Shown here piece after piece: positions 36,541-45,563 of a stretch of 64,000 nt of DNA. The translations under genes and the position numbers were made by a program. Under the pieces are notes generated by a model. The model saw only the letters and a list, made by a program, of their open reading frames with translations. It was not told where the DNA came from and did no database searches. Each line of letters begins with the position of its first letter. Within the stretch, counting starts at the first letter, position 1. Source of the DNA: Acidobacteriota bacterium (GTDB lineage Bacteria > Actinomycetota > Acidimicrobiia > Acidimicrobiales > RAAP-2); contig JAGWHY010000003.1 of assembly GCA_028873575.1 (NCBI GenBank), positions 15,661-79,660 of the forward strand. Direction: 5' to 3'.

Positions 36541-38079
36541 TTGCGTAGGTTGGCGCCCGTGTCGACACCACTCTCACGTCGCAATTTCTTACGTGGGCTG
36601 GGCGTCAGCGCCTCGGGCCTCTTCACGTCGAGCCCGAGCCAAGCCACGACGCTCGAGCGCGCGCTCGAGTTTCCGTCGAGCGCCTACGCCTCGTGGGTGC
36701 GATTGGAGAATCAGCGCGCCGGCGACGGAACCTGGCTGAAGGGCGAGCCCGCCGCGGCCGGCAACCTCGAAGGTTTCGCGACGTCGACGAGTGCCCCGTT
36801 AGGCGCCACGTTGGCGTTCTGCGTGAGTGCCGCCACGTCGCGCGTGCGCGCGAAGATCTATCGACTCGGCTACTACGGCGGTCTCGGCGCCCGGCTCGTG
36901 GAAGTTCGCGACGGCATCGAGACGACCGCGCGTCCGGTACCGCCACCCGACGCCTACGGGACCGTCGACTGTACGTGGCCGGCGAGCTTCTCGCTGACGC
37001 TCGACGCGCGCTACCCGCCGGGTCAGTACTTGGTGCGACTGGAGAATCCGACCGGACAGTTTCGCTTCGTGCCGTTTCTCGTGCGCGACGACGCGTCGCG
37101 CGCGACCTACGTCTACTTAAGCGCCGTCACCACGTGGCAGGCCTACAACGCCTGGGGAGGCTACAGCCTGTACCGCGAGACGGACGTCACCGGCTCCTCG
37201 ACGATTTCCAACGCGCGCCGCGCCGTTCGCGTCTCGTTTAATCGACCCTACGACCGCTACTTCGCCAACGGCGCCGGCGACCTCATCGGCAACGAGTACC
37301 CACTCTTATTCATGCTCGAACGGCTCGGCCTCGACCTCGCCTACTGGACCGACGTCGATCTCCACGAACGCGGGCCCACGCTGCTTCGTCACCGGGCTCT
37401 TCTGTCCCTCGGGCACGACGAGTACTACTCACCCGCCATGCGCGACGCCGTGACGCGCGCGCTGGACGCCGGCGTCAACGTCGCGTTCTTTGGGGCCAAC
37501 TTCGTTTACCGCAAGATCCGCTTCGAGCCCAGCTCCCACGGCGCCACGCGCCTCATGGTGAACTATCGATCGACTGCCGATCCCATCGGCGCGGTCGATC
37601 CGGCCGCGGTCACCGTCAACTGGGGGTCCTCTCCCTCCAACGAGCCCGAGAGCACGTTCAGCGGATCGGTGTACGGAGGGGCCGAGGGATCGGGGTCGCT
37701 GACCGTCGTGAACGCGGGCGCGTGGCTCTGGCGGGGCGCGTCGCTGCGTACCGGCGCGGTCCTCCAAGGCGCGCTGGGCGGCGAATTCAATCACGTGGCC
37801 ACGCCCGCGCCGGCGCTCGCGCCGGTGCAGGTCTTTGGACAGTCCGCCGTGGCGGGCGGAACGAGCAACGTGACGTACTACGCGCCACCTGGTCGCGGCG
37901 GCGTCTTCGCCTCGGGCACGGGATACTGGATCTATCGACTCTCGAACGCGCCCCTACTCGGCGATCGATGGATTCCGGCCCCCGTCGCCGGCGTGACGGG
38001 CCCCCTCAGCGTGGCCACCCGTAACGTACTCGCCCTCTTCGCGCGAGGTCCCGCCGGCGACGTACTTCCGTCGCGCTAG
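36541..38079 (+). CDS. Tat-signal secreted protein of unknown function (possibly N,N-dimethylformamidase beta-subunit-like fold)
   Basis: Twin-arginine signal LSRRNFLRGLGVSASGLF. The mature region has KIYRLGYYGG and QAYNAWGGYSLY. The family assignment is from memory of similar actinobacterial proteins only. Confidence 0.4.
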   Translation: MRRLAPVSTPLSRRNFLRGLGVSASGLFTSSPSQATTLERALEFPSSAYASWVRLENQRAGDGTWLKGEPAAAGNLEGFATSTSAPLGATLAFCVSAATSRVRAKIYRLGYYGGLGARLVEVRDGIETTARPVPPPDAYGTVDCTWPASFSLTLDARYPPGQYLVRLENPTGQFRFVPFLVRDDASRATYVYLSAVTTWQAYNAWGGYSLYRETDVTGSSTISNARRAVRVSFNRPYDRYFANGAGDLIGNEYPLLFMLERLGLDLAYWTDVDLHERGPTLLRHRALLSLGHDEYYSPAMRDAVTRALDAGVNVAFFGANFVYRKIRFEPSSHGATRLMVNYRSTADPIGAVDPAAVTVNWGSSPSNEPESTFSGSVYGGAEGSGSLTVVNAGAWLWRGASLRTGAVLQGALGGEFNHVATPAPALAPVQVFGQSAVAGGTSNVTYYAPPGRGGVFASGTGYWIYRLSNAPLLGDRWIPAPVAGVTGPLSVATRNVLALFARGPAGDVLPSR

Positions 38080-38903
38080 CCCTTCGGCGCCTTGGCCGCG
38101 CGCAGCGTGTAGGTGAGGGGCAGTCGTTCGGCCCCCTCGCGCAGGCGAAACTCGTTGCCGCCGACGTCGTACATCGCGTCACCAAGGGGATTCCACGGCA
38201 CCGTGTCGTGCTCTTCGAAACTCGCGATGGCCAACCCGGCGTTCATCACGGCACTCATGATTTCGCCGAGTCCGTGGTTGAACTGCACCGTCGCCGGTGA
38301 CGAAAGCGGTTCGTCGTGCGCGACGTAGGTGGACGTTTCGTAAAAACTAACGCCCGGCGTCTCGAAGTAGGGGTACTTAATGACCAGGAGGTCATCTTCG
38401 CGCGGGTAATCAAGTGACCAGAGCACGGGGTGACCCTCACGAATGAAGAGGCGTCCCCCGGGGCGCAACAGACCCGCGACGACCCGCGCCCAGCGCGCCA
38501 CGTCGGGCAGCCAACACAGTGCGCCGATCCCGGTGTAGACCAGGTCGAACTGATCGCGACCGAGCACCTCAAGAGCGTCGTAGAGTTCGGCTTCGACGAA
38601 ACGGATGGTGACGCCGCACTCGGCCGCCAACGTGGCCGCGGCCTCGAGCGCCGGCGCCGAGAAATCGAGTCCGGTGACGCTCCTCGCGCCAAGGCGCGCC
38701 AACGAGACCGTGTCGGATCCAAGGTGACACTGCAGGTGCACCACGTCGAGATTCTCGAGTGACCCGAGGCGCGCCGTGTCAAAACGCACCACGTCAGAAA
38801 GGGCGCCGGGATCGCCGCGTAGGTGATCGAGGTCGTAACCCTTGACGTGATGGGCAACGCGCGAGTTCCAGTTCGCGCGATTGACGCTGACGTAGTCGCT
38901 CAC
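38076..38903 (-). CDS. Class I SAM-dependent methyltransferase
   Basis: 275 aa with VVHLQCHLGSDTVSLARLGA..VTGLDFS (motif I/II region) and DLVYTGIGALCWLPD. Confidence 0.7.
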   Translation of the reverse strand: MSDYVSVNRANWNSRVAHHVKGYDLDHLRGDPGALSDVVRFDTARLGSLENLDVVHLQCHLGSDTVSLARLGARSVTGLDFSAPALEAAATLAAECGVTIRFVEAELYDALEVLGRDQFDLVYTGIGALCWLPDVARWARVVAGLLRPGGRLFIREGHPVLWSLDYPREDDLLVIKYPYFETPGVSFYETSTYVAHDEPLSSPATVQFNHGLGEIMSAVMNAGLAIASFEEHDTVPWNPLGDAMYDVGGNEFRLREGAERLPLTYTLRAAKAPKG

Positions 38904-38945
38904 GACGTCATCTTTTCACGCGTGACGCGCAGGTCGCGCGAGGAT

Positions 38946-40571
38946 TTAGCGCCGCGACGGCGCGGCCACCGGCGTCGCCTCGCTCAAGGCCTCGCGCGCG
39001 TGGTAACTCGAACGCGTCAGTGGCGAGGACTGCACGTGCGCGAGGCCCAGGCGGCGCCCCCGCTCGGCCAAGTCCTCGAACTCGTGGGGTTCCCAGTAAC
39101 GCGCGACGGGTAGGTGGCGCTCGGTGGGTCGTAGGTACTGCCCGATCGTGGCGATCTGCACGCCCACCGCGGCGAGGTCGGCCAGCGTCTCTTCGACCTC
39201 GTCGGCACTCTCGCCGAGTCCCACCATCAGGCCCGACTTGGTCGTAAAGCCGGCGCGGGCACTGCGCGCGAGCACGCTCAGTGAACGTAGGTACCCCGCG
39301 CTCGGACGAACGGCCCGTTGCAGGCGCGCGACAGTTTCGACGTTGTGATTTAACACGTCGGGCTGGGCCGCGAGCAAAATCTCGAGCGACGCCACGTCGC
39401 CCTTTAAGTCCGACGTCAGCACCTCCACCTTGGTGTCGGGCGACGCTTCGCGAATTGCCCGTACCGTGGCCGCCATGCCGCCGGCGCCGCCGTCGGGCAG
39501 GTCGTCGCGCGCGACGCAGGTGATCACCGCGTGGTGAAGGTTGAGGCGCACGACTGCTTCCGCGACGCGCTCGGGTTCACTTGGATCAAGGGGCATTGGC
39601 TTACGGGTGTCAATCAGACAAAAACCGCAGGCCCGCGTACAGCGCTCGCCGTTAACCATGAAGGTCGCGGTGCCCTGACTCCAGCACTCGAAGATGTTCG
39701 GACAGCCCGCCTCTTCACAGACCGTCACCAGACGCAGGTCCTCGGTCAACGTGCGCAGCGACTGGTACTCGTTACCCATGTGGGCCTCGATGCGCAGCCA
39801 CTCGGGCTTGCGCGTGCGAATCGAGAGTCCGTCGTCCGGGTTAACGCCGGCCTTACGCAGGCGACGCAACATTGGACGTTCCGCCGAGGTGGTCGCCACC
39901 GACCGGTCGACGCGCGCCACGCGCGCCTCCGTGCCGAGTCGCGCGTCGAGCTCTTCACCCAGAATCTCTTCGACGTCGGGTACGTGGAGTTCGAGCCCCA
40001 GTGAGACGAGCGAGCCGACCGGCTTGTCGGGGATGCCGCACGGAATAATCGCGGCGAAGGCCGCCAGATCGACGTCGACGTTAAGCGCGACGCCGTGCAG
40101 GGTGCGACGGCGTCCCATGTCGTCGCGCTCGGTGCGCACGCCCACCGCGGCAATTTTGACGGGTCGACTCTCGAGGTGCGCCCAGACGCCGGGGTAACCC
40201 TCGAGGCGCCCGACGTCGCCCAGACGACCGTCGGGGTCGACGCGACGCACCGTCGCGACGACGGCCTCTTCGAGTCGGTGCACGTGCGCGCGACCCGCGC
40301 CGGGATCGTCGCTCACCGTCACGATCGCCCAGGCCACGATCTGGCCCGGCCCGTGGTAGGTGACGTCGCCACCCCGGTCGGCCTCGACGACGACCGCGTT
40401 GAGATCCTCGGGGGCGACCAGGAAGTGATCGGCCTGCGCCCGTACGCCCTTCGTGTACGTCGGCGGATGCTCAAAGAGCAGCACGTAGTCGTCGCGCGCG
40501 CTCACCAGCGCGCGCTGAAAGTCGTTGGCCTCGAGAAAGCTGACGCGCCCTAAGTGGCGACGTCGCAACAT
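38946..40571 (-). CDS. lipB-lipA: In-frame fusion of octanoyltransferase LipB and lipoyl synthase LipA
   Basis: A single 541-aa ORF. The N-terminal ~230 aa carry LipB motifs (GGDVTYHGPGQIVAW, IIPCGI). The C-terminal ~310 aa carry LipA motifs (RKPEWLRI, CEEAGCPNIFECW, radical-SAM CTRACGFC). There is no stop between the two halves. Confidence 0.85.
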   Translation of the reverse strand: MLRRRHLGRVSFLEANDFQRALVSARDDYVLLFEHPPTYTKGVRAQADHFLVAPEDLNAVVVEADRGGDVTYHGPGQIVAWAIVTVSDDPGAGRAHVHRLEEAVVATVRRVDPDGRLGDVGRLEGYPGVWAHLESRPVKIAAVGVRTERDDMGRRRTLHGVALNVDVDLAAFAAIIPCGIPDKPVGSLVSLGLELHVPDVEEILGEELDARLGTEARVARVDRSVATTSAERPMLRRLRKAGVNPDDGLSIRTRKPEWLRIEAHMGNEYQSLRTLTEDLRLVTVCEEAGCPNIFECWSQGTATFMVNGERCTRACGFCLIDTRKPMPLDPSEPERVAEAVVRLNLHHAVITCVARDDLPDGGAGGMAATVRAIREASPDTKVEVLTSDLKGDVASLEILLAAQPDVLNHNVETVARLQRAVRPSAGYLRSLSVLARSARAGFTTKSGLMVGLGESADEVEETLADLAAVGVQIATIGQYLRPTERHLPVARYWEPHEFEDLAERGRRLGLAHVQSSPLTRSSYHAREALSEATPVAAPSRR

Positions 40572-41750
40572 TTAGAGTTCGCTCTCGACGTCGAGCCCCG
40601 TCAAGAGCTCGCCCACGCGTTCCAAGAACGCGGCTGCCGCGACGGGCTCGCAGACCCGGTGGTCAAACGAGAGTCCGAGTGCTAGGCGCGCGCCAATCTC
40701 AATCACGTCGGCCCCGTCGGGGCGACGCACCACGGGCACGTGCTGCAACGAACCCAGTGACAGCACGGCTACTTGGGGCTGGATAATGATCGGCGCGACT
40801 AACACGGTGTGCGCACTCGGCGAGCGCATGACGCTGAAGGTGCCGCCCATGAGGTCGTCCGTCGTCAGGTCTCGCGTCGCGAGACGCTCGTCGAGGTCGT
40901 GCACGCGTCGCGCCAACGCGCGAACCGTCAGCCCCGCCGCGGCGTGCACGACCGGCACCAACATGCCGTCGTCGGGCAGGGCGCGCACCAGACCGACGTT
41001 CACACTACGGTGACGCGTCAACACGTCACCGTCGAAGGTCGCGTTGAGGTACTCGAACTCACCCAGCGCGCGTACCGCCGCCACCGTGACCAAAATCTCC
41101 TCGCTCACCGCGAAACCGTCGCGGGTGAGAGCCCCTTGCTCGCGCAAGCGCTCAAAGATCGGCGCGTCGAACTGCGCCACCACGAAGCCGTGCGGCACAC
41201 TCTGGCTCGACACGCTCATGTGCGCGCCCATACGTTGGCGACCCTTCGACAACGGCGTGACCAACTCTTCGGTCGGCCCGAGCGCGACCGCGCGCTCCGC
41301 GTCGCGACGGGTAATCGATCCCCCGGGCCCGGACCCGCGCACGCTCGAGGCGTCGACGCCGCCGTCACTCAAAATCCGGCGCACGACCGGCGACACGACG
41401 ACGCCGTTCGTGGGCGCCTCGTTCACCAGTCGCGCCGGTGCCGGCGTGGCGGGTGTCGGACTCGACGCAGAACTCGCGGGGGCCGGCGCGTCAGGACTCG
41501 AAGTCGCGACGCTCTGGGACTCGTCGATCACCGCGACGCGCGCGCCGGTTTCAACCGTGTCGCCTTCGCCAGCCAGAATCTCCACCAGCACACCCGCGGC
41601 AGGCGAGGGCATCTCGGAGTCGACCTTGTCGGTCGAGACTTCGAAGAGCGGCTCGTCGCGCGCGACGAGGTCGCCGACCTTTTTGAACCACTGCGTGATG
41701 ATGCCTTCGGTAACGGACTCCCCGAGGGACGGAAGCGTGACGTCAGCCAA
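40572..41750 (-). CDS. 2-oxoacid dehydrogenase E2 dihydrolipoamide acyltransferase
   Basis: Lipoyl domain (LFEVSTDKVDSEMPSPAAG), a peripheral subunit-binding domain (SPVVRRILSDGGVD...GSGPGGSITRRD), and a catalytic domain with LSFDHRV. Confidence 0.85.
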   Translation of the reverse strand: MADVTLPSLGESVTEGIITQWFKKVGDLVARDEPLFEVSTDKVDSEMPSPAAGVLVEILAGEGDTVETGARVAVIDESQSVATSSPDAPAPASSASSPTPATPAPARLVNEAPTNGVVVSPVVRRILSDGGVDASSVRGSGPGGSITRRDAERAVALGPTEELVTPLSKGRQRMGAHMSVSSQSVPHGFVVAQFDAPIFERLREQGALTRDGFAVSEEILVTVAAVRALGEFEYLNATFDGDVLTRHRSVNVGLVRALPDDGMLVPVVHAAAGLTVRALARRVHDLDERLATRDLTTDDLMGGTFSVMRSPSAHTVLVAPIIIQPQVAVLSLGSLQHVPVVRRPDGADVIEIGARLALGLSFDHRVCEPVAAAAFLERVGELLTGLDVESEL

Positions 41751-43176
41751 CGTGCAGTCCTCGTCCGGCGAGCGCGAGCAGCGTCTCGCCGAAGGTCTCC
41801 GACAGTGACGGGTGGGGCTGGATGAGGGCGGCTGCTTCTTCGGCCGTCGCTTCCCAGTTCACGGCGAAGTAGCCGGCCCCGAGTTGTTCGGTCACCCACG
41901 GTCCCGCCATGTGCACGCCCAAGATCTGTCCGGCCGTTCCGTCGGGTCGCTTTTCGGCGATGATCTTCACCACGCCGTCGGTCTCACCAATGATCTGCGC
42001 GCGCGAGTTCCCACCAAAGGGGTCCTTCTTCACCACGACGTCAATGCCGCGCTCTTTGGCCGCCGCTTCGGTCAAACCACAGAAGGCGACCTCGGGGTTC
42101 GAGTAAATGGCCCAGGGCACGCGGTCGTAGTCGACCGGGATGACCGGCTCGTCGCGCATGGTCTTAATGGCGACGATCGCTTCGGCGAAGCCGACGTGGG
42201 CGAGCTGGGGTGAGTTCGCGACCACGTCACCCACGGCGTAGACGTGGGGATTGGCGGTGCGCTGGTAACTGTCGGTCACCACGAAACCACGCTCGTCGAG
42301 CTCCACGCCGGTACCCTCACCGAGGAGGCCCTCGCTGCGCGGACGTCGCCCGACCGAGACGACGACCATGTCGACGCTGACGCCCTCGCCGCCGTCGATC
42401 TCGACCGTCGTTCCCTTCTTCCCGGGCGTGTGGCCCGTAATGGTGACGCCGGCGCGCACGTCGATCCCGCGCTTCTTGAAGGCACGCTCGACGACCTTGG
42501 CGACCTCAGCGTCACAGCCCGCGAGAATCGAGGGCAGACCCTCCAACACCGTCGTCTTGACGCCCATGTCGGCGAGCATTGACGCGAACTCACAGCCAAT
42601 CGCTCCGCCGCCAATGACCGCGGCGCTACTCGGCAGTGTCGAGAGCGCGAGAAACTCATCGCTCGTTACGACGAGCGTGCCGTCAACGTCGAAACCCGGC
42701 AACGTGCGCGGCACGGAACCGGCCGCCAAGATCACGTCGGTGCCCTTCGCGACCACGCCGGCGTCGGCACCGTCGAGCACGCTGACCGTTTGGTCCGCGC
42801 CAAGTTGGGCGGTGCCTTCAAAGATGGTGATCTTGCGACCCTTCAAGAGACCCGACAGACCCTTGTGCAGACGATCCACGATCTCGTTCTTACGACTCTG
42901 ACTGACCGCGAAGTCGACCTTGACCGCGCCCGAGGTAATACCAAATTCGCTGGCGTGCTCGAGCGTGCGGCGCACGTGCGCGGTTTCGAGGAACTCCTTC
43001 GCGGGAACGCAGCCGCGGTGCAAACACGTGCCGCCAACCTTGTCGCGCTCGATCAGCGCGACGTTCATGCCCGCCGCGGCGCCGTAGAGGGCGGCGGCGT
43101 AGCCACCGGGCCCTCCTCCGATGATTACTACGTCGAACTGCTGGACCTCGTTGGCCACGTCCATTCCTTCCGTCAA
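41743..43176 (-). CDS. lpd: Dihydrolipoyl dehydrogenase (E3)
   Basis: IIGGGPGGYAAA FAD motif, the redox disulfide GGTCLHRGCVPAK, and the C-terminal dimerisation HPSLSE. Confidence 0.9.
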   Translation of the reverse strand: MTEGMDVANEVQQFDVVIIGGGPGGYAAALYGAAAGMNVALIERDKVGGTCLHRGCVPAKEFLETAHVRRTLEHASEFGITSGAVKVDFAVSQSRKNEIVDRLHKGLSGLLKGRKITIFEGTAQLGADQTVSVLDGADAGVVAKGTDVILAAGSVPRTLPGFDVDGTLVVTSDEFLALSTLPSSAAVIGGGAIGCEFASMLADMGVKTTVLEGLPSILAGCDAEVAKVVERAFKKRGIDVRAGVTITGHTPGKKGTTVEIDGGEGVSVDMVVVSVGRRPRSEGLLGEGTGVELDERGFVVTDSYQRTANPHVYAVGDVVANSPQLAHVGFAEAIVAIKTMRDEPVIPVDYDRVPWAIYSNPEVAFCGLTEAAAKERGIDVVVKKDPFGGNSRAQIIGETDGVVKIIAEKRPDGTAGQILGVHMAGPWVTEQLGAGYFAVNWEATAEEAAALIQPHPSLSETFGETLLALAGRGLHVG

Positions 43177-43232
43177 ACCGCGTCGTTCCCCGAAGGAAAT
43201 CCTAATGTTTTCCCGGCTCGGCGAACCTCGCT

Positions 43233-43670
43233 CTAGGCCTGCTCGCCTCGTTGCGTGTCGGCCGCCCGCGTGGCCAGCACGTCGACGAAATCATTCATCA
43301 CGTCGCCCGAGTGACCCTTGACCCACGTGAAAGAAATCGGGCGCGTACCGGGTAGTACCAGGGCGAAGAGCTCCTCCCAGAGATCACGGTTCGCGACGGG
43401 CTGACCCTGGGAGTTCTTCCACCCCCGCCGGAGCCATCCGGCGTGCCAGCGGTCGTTAAAACATTTCACGACGTAGGTCGAGTCGCTGACGATATCGACG
43501 GGGCCCTCGGGGTAGGCGCGCAGCGCCTCAATCACGGCGCGCACCTCCATGCGTTGATTCGTCGTGTGCGCCTCCGCGCCACTGGCGTAGTGGTCCTTAC
43601 CCTCGGCCCAGGCCCATCCTCCCGGTCCCGGATTCCCGCGGCAGGCGCCGTCGGTGTGCAGTCGCGTCAT
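43233..43670 (-). CDS. rnhA: Ribonuclease HI
   Basis: The ATG at 43670 overlaps the Rrf2 stop (ATGA). HTDGACRGNPGPGGWAW, TNQRMEVRA, DSTYV, WVKGHSGDVMNDFVD (DEDD residues). Confidence 0.85.
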   Translation of the reverse strand: MTRLHTDGACRGNPGPGGWAWAEGKDHYASGAEAHTTNQRMEVRAVIEALRAYPEGPVDIVSDSTYVVKCFNDRWHAGWLRRGWKNSQGQPVANRDLWEELFALVLPGTRPISFTWVKGHSGDVMNDFVDVLATRAADTQRGEQA

Positions 43671-44125
43671 ATGACCCGAGTAATCCACGCGTCGGGGTCG
43701 TTGGTGAAGCGCGTGACCGCGAGCGGAAGGTCACCGCGCAAGACCTGACCGAGGGTCACGTGCTCGAGCACTTCGCGTAACGCCGCGCGCACCGCCACCC
43801 ACACGTCACGCAGGTGGGTCGCCTCGCCGCCGTAGTTCAGCGTCTCGGGACGCATTCCGCGTACGCCCGCCATCGGGCCTGACACCACGCGCAAGATGTC
43901 GGCGATGACGATCTCGTCGGGGTCCTTCGCCAAGCGAAAGCCACCCTCGGGACCGCGCTGACTGGTGACGACCCCGCCGCGACGAAGGTCTGACATGATC
44001 GCGCCGAGAAACTTCGCGGGCAGTTCTTGTTCTTGGGCGAGGTGCTCGGCCGACACCGATCCGTCACTCGCCGCCAGGGTCAACAGCGCGCGAATCGCGT
44101 ACTCGGCCTTGGCGGGAATCTGCAT
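43667..44125 (-). CDS. Rrf2-family transcriptional regulator
   Basis: ATG at 44125. MQIPAKAEYAIRALLTLA plus a wHTH (LPAKFLGAIMSDLRRGGVVTSQRGPEGGFRL). No C-terminal three-Cys cluster is visible. Confidence 0.8.
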   Translation of the reverse strand: MQIPAKAEYAIRALLTLAASDGSVSAEHLAQEQELPAKFLGAIMSDLRRGGVVTSQRGPEGGFRLAKDPDEIVIADILRVVSGPMAGVRGMRPETLNYGGEATHLRDVWVAVRAALREVLEHVTLGQVLRGDLPLAVTRFTNDPDAWITRVI

Positions 44126-44192
44126 GGGCCCATTCTGCCCCACCGTCGTCACCGACCCCGGCGTGACGCCCAGAACTTCTACACTGCCCACT

Positions 44193-44828
44193 GTGTTCTC
44201 GCTCGCCCGCCGCCACCTCTACCTCTGCGTGGGGCTGCGCGACGACCTCGCCACCTTCTTACCCGCGGTGCTCGAGGGCGGCGTTGACGTCGTGCAACTA
44301 CGCGAGAAACAGCGCCCGCGCGCCGAGCAGGTGGCCCCGGGGCGCGAAATGGCGGCGATCTGCCGCGACTTCGGCGTGCCCTTCGTGATGAATGACGACC
44401 CCACCTTGGCGCTCGAGGTCGGCGCCGACGGCGTGCACGTCGGTCAAGACGACGTCAGTGTCGCGACCTGTCGCGAACTTCTCGGACCGGAGGCCATCAT
44501 TGGTCTGTCGACGCACGCCGACGACGAGTTCGACGCCGCACTCGCGCAGGCGGCGACGTACCTCAGCGCGGGTCCGCTCGAGGCGACTCCCACCAAGGTG
44601 GGTCGACCCGGCACGGGGCTCGCCTACGTGCAGCGTTGCGTCGCGCGCAGCGACCGACCGGTCTTCGTGACCGGCGGGGTCAACGCCACGAACGTTGCGT
44701 CGTACGTCGAGGCCGGCCTGCGCCACTTCGTGGTCGTGCGCGCACTCACCGAGTCGCGCGATCCCGGTCGCGACGCGCGCGAGCTACGACGCGCGCTCGA
44801 CGACGCGCTCTCAGCGGTGACGATCTAG
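44193..44828 (+). CDS. thiE: Thiamine-phosphate synthase
   Basis: GTG at 44193. VDVVQLREK, FVMNDD, GVHVGQDD, IGLSTH and VFVTGGV motifs. Confidence 0.8.
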   Translation: MFSLARRHLYLCVGLRDDLATFLPAVLEGGVDVVQLREKQRPRAEQVAPGREMAAICRDFGVPFVMNDDPTLALEVGADGVHVGQDDVSVATCRELLGPEAIIGLSTHADDEFDAALAQAATYLSAGPLEATPTKVGRPGTGLAYVQRCVARSDRPVFVTGGVNATNVASYVEAGLRHFVVVRALTESRDPGRDARELRRALDDALSAVTI

Positions 44829-45557
44829 CCAGCCGAGCAGGGTCGCGACCATTCGCGGATCGGCGCGCAGTTGGTGGCCGGCCCCTTGAATGAGTCGAAG
44901 TTCGGCGCGACCCTCGGCCGCGGCCACCAAGTCACGCGCGTCGCTCGGGGGAACCTCAACGTCGTCGGTGCCGTGGCCAATCAACAGCCGTCGCGGCGGA
45001 ACCTTGGCGATCGCCCCCAAGGGATCGATGGCGAGTAGGTCGTCACGTAACGCCTCGGGTGAGAGGAGATCACGCTCGTCACCGACCACGCCGGCCACGT
45101 GCACGAGGCGGTGGAACTCCGCGGCGTCGCCGCACCAGGGTTCGAGGTAGGCCGGCGCGGCGAAGCTCGCCACGCCGCGCACCCGCTCGTCCGTCGCGGC
45201 GATCGCGAGTGCCAGGACGCCCCCGAAGCCGAAACCGGCTAGCGAGATACGTCGTTCACCGAGCTCCACCCGATCCAAAATCGCCGTGAGGTCCGCGCGC
45301 CACTGCGTCGCGCTAAAGGTTCCCGTCGATCCGCCGACGCCCGAGAGCGTGCCGGTGGCGACGACCCAGCCCGACTCATTGGCGAGGTGCTCGGCTAGTT
45401 CCGGTAAGAGGCCCGCCGCCTGGCGGCCCATGCCCGTCGCGCGCGGCAGACCGTGCACGAGAATGAGGAGATGATCGGCGAGGGGCCGCGCGCTGGACGT
45501 CGCGACGCGCAGATCGAGCAGAGAGTTGCCGCTTTGCAGTTGCTCGTGGGCGAGCAC
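44811..45557 (-). CDS. Alpha/beta-hydrolase-fold protein with Gly in the nucleophile position
   Basis: 248 aa. The nucleophile elbow reads LAGFGFGG (GxGxG instead of GxSxG). Acid- and His-like positions (HGTDDVEVP, GAGHQL) are retained. Confidence 0.55.
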   Translation of the reverse strand: MLAHEQLQSGNSLLDLRVATSSARPLADHLLILVHGLPRATGMGRQAAGLLPELAEHLANESGWVVATGTLSGVGGSTGTFSATQWRADLTAILDRVELGERRISLAGFGFGGVLALAIAATDERVRGVASFAAPAYLEPWCGDAAEFHRLVHVAGVVGDERDLLSPEALRDDLLAIDPLGAIAKVPPRRLLIGHGTDDVEVPPSDARDLVAAAEGRAELRLIQGAGHQLRADPRMVATLLGWLDRHR

Positions 45558-45563
45558 GGAGCC

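Noticed and set aside
44126-44192. A TPP riboswitch upstream of thiE.
   Set aside because: Only about 67 nt are available, and the conserved CUGAGA and ACCUGAUCUGGAUAAUGCCAGCG-like elements are absent. The spacing fits a leaderless promoter instead.
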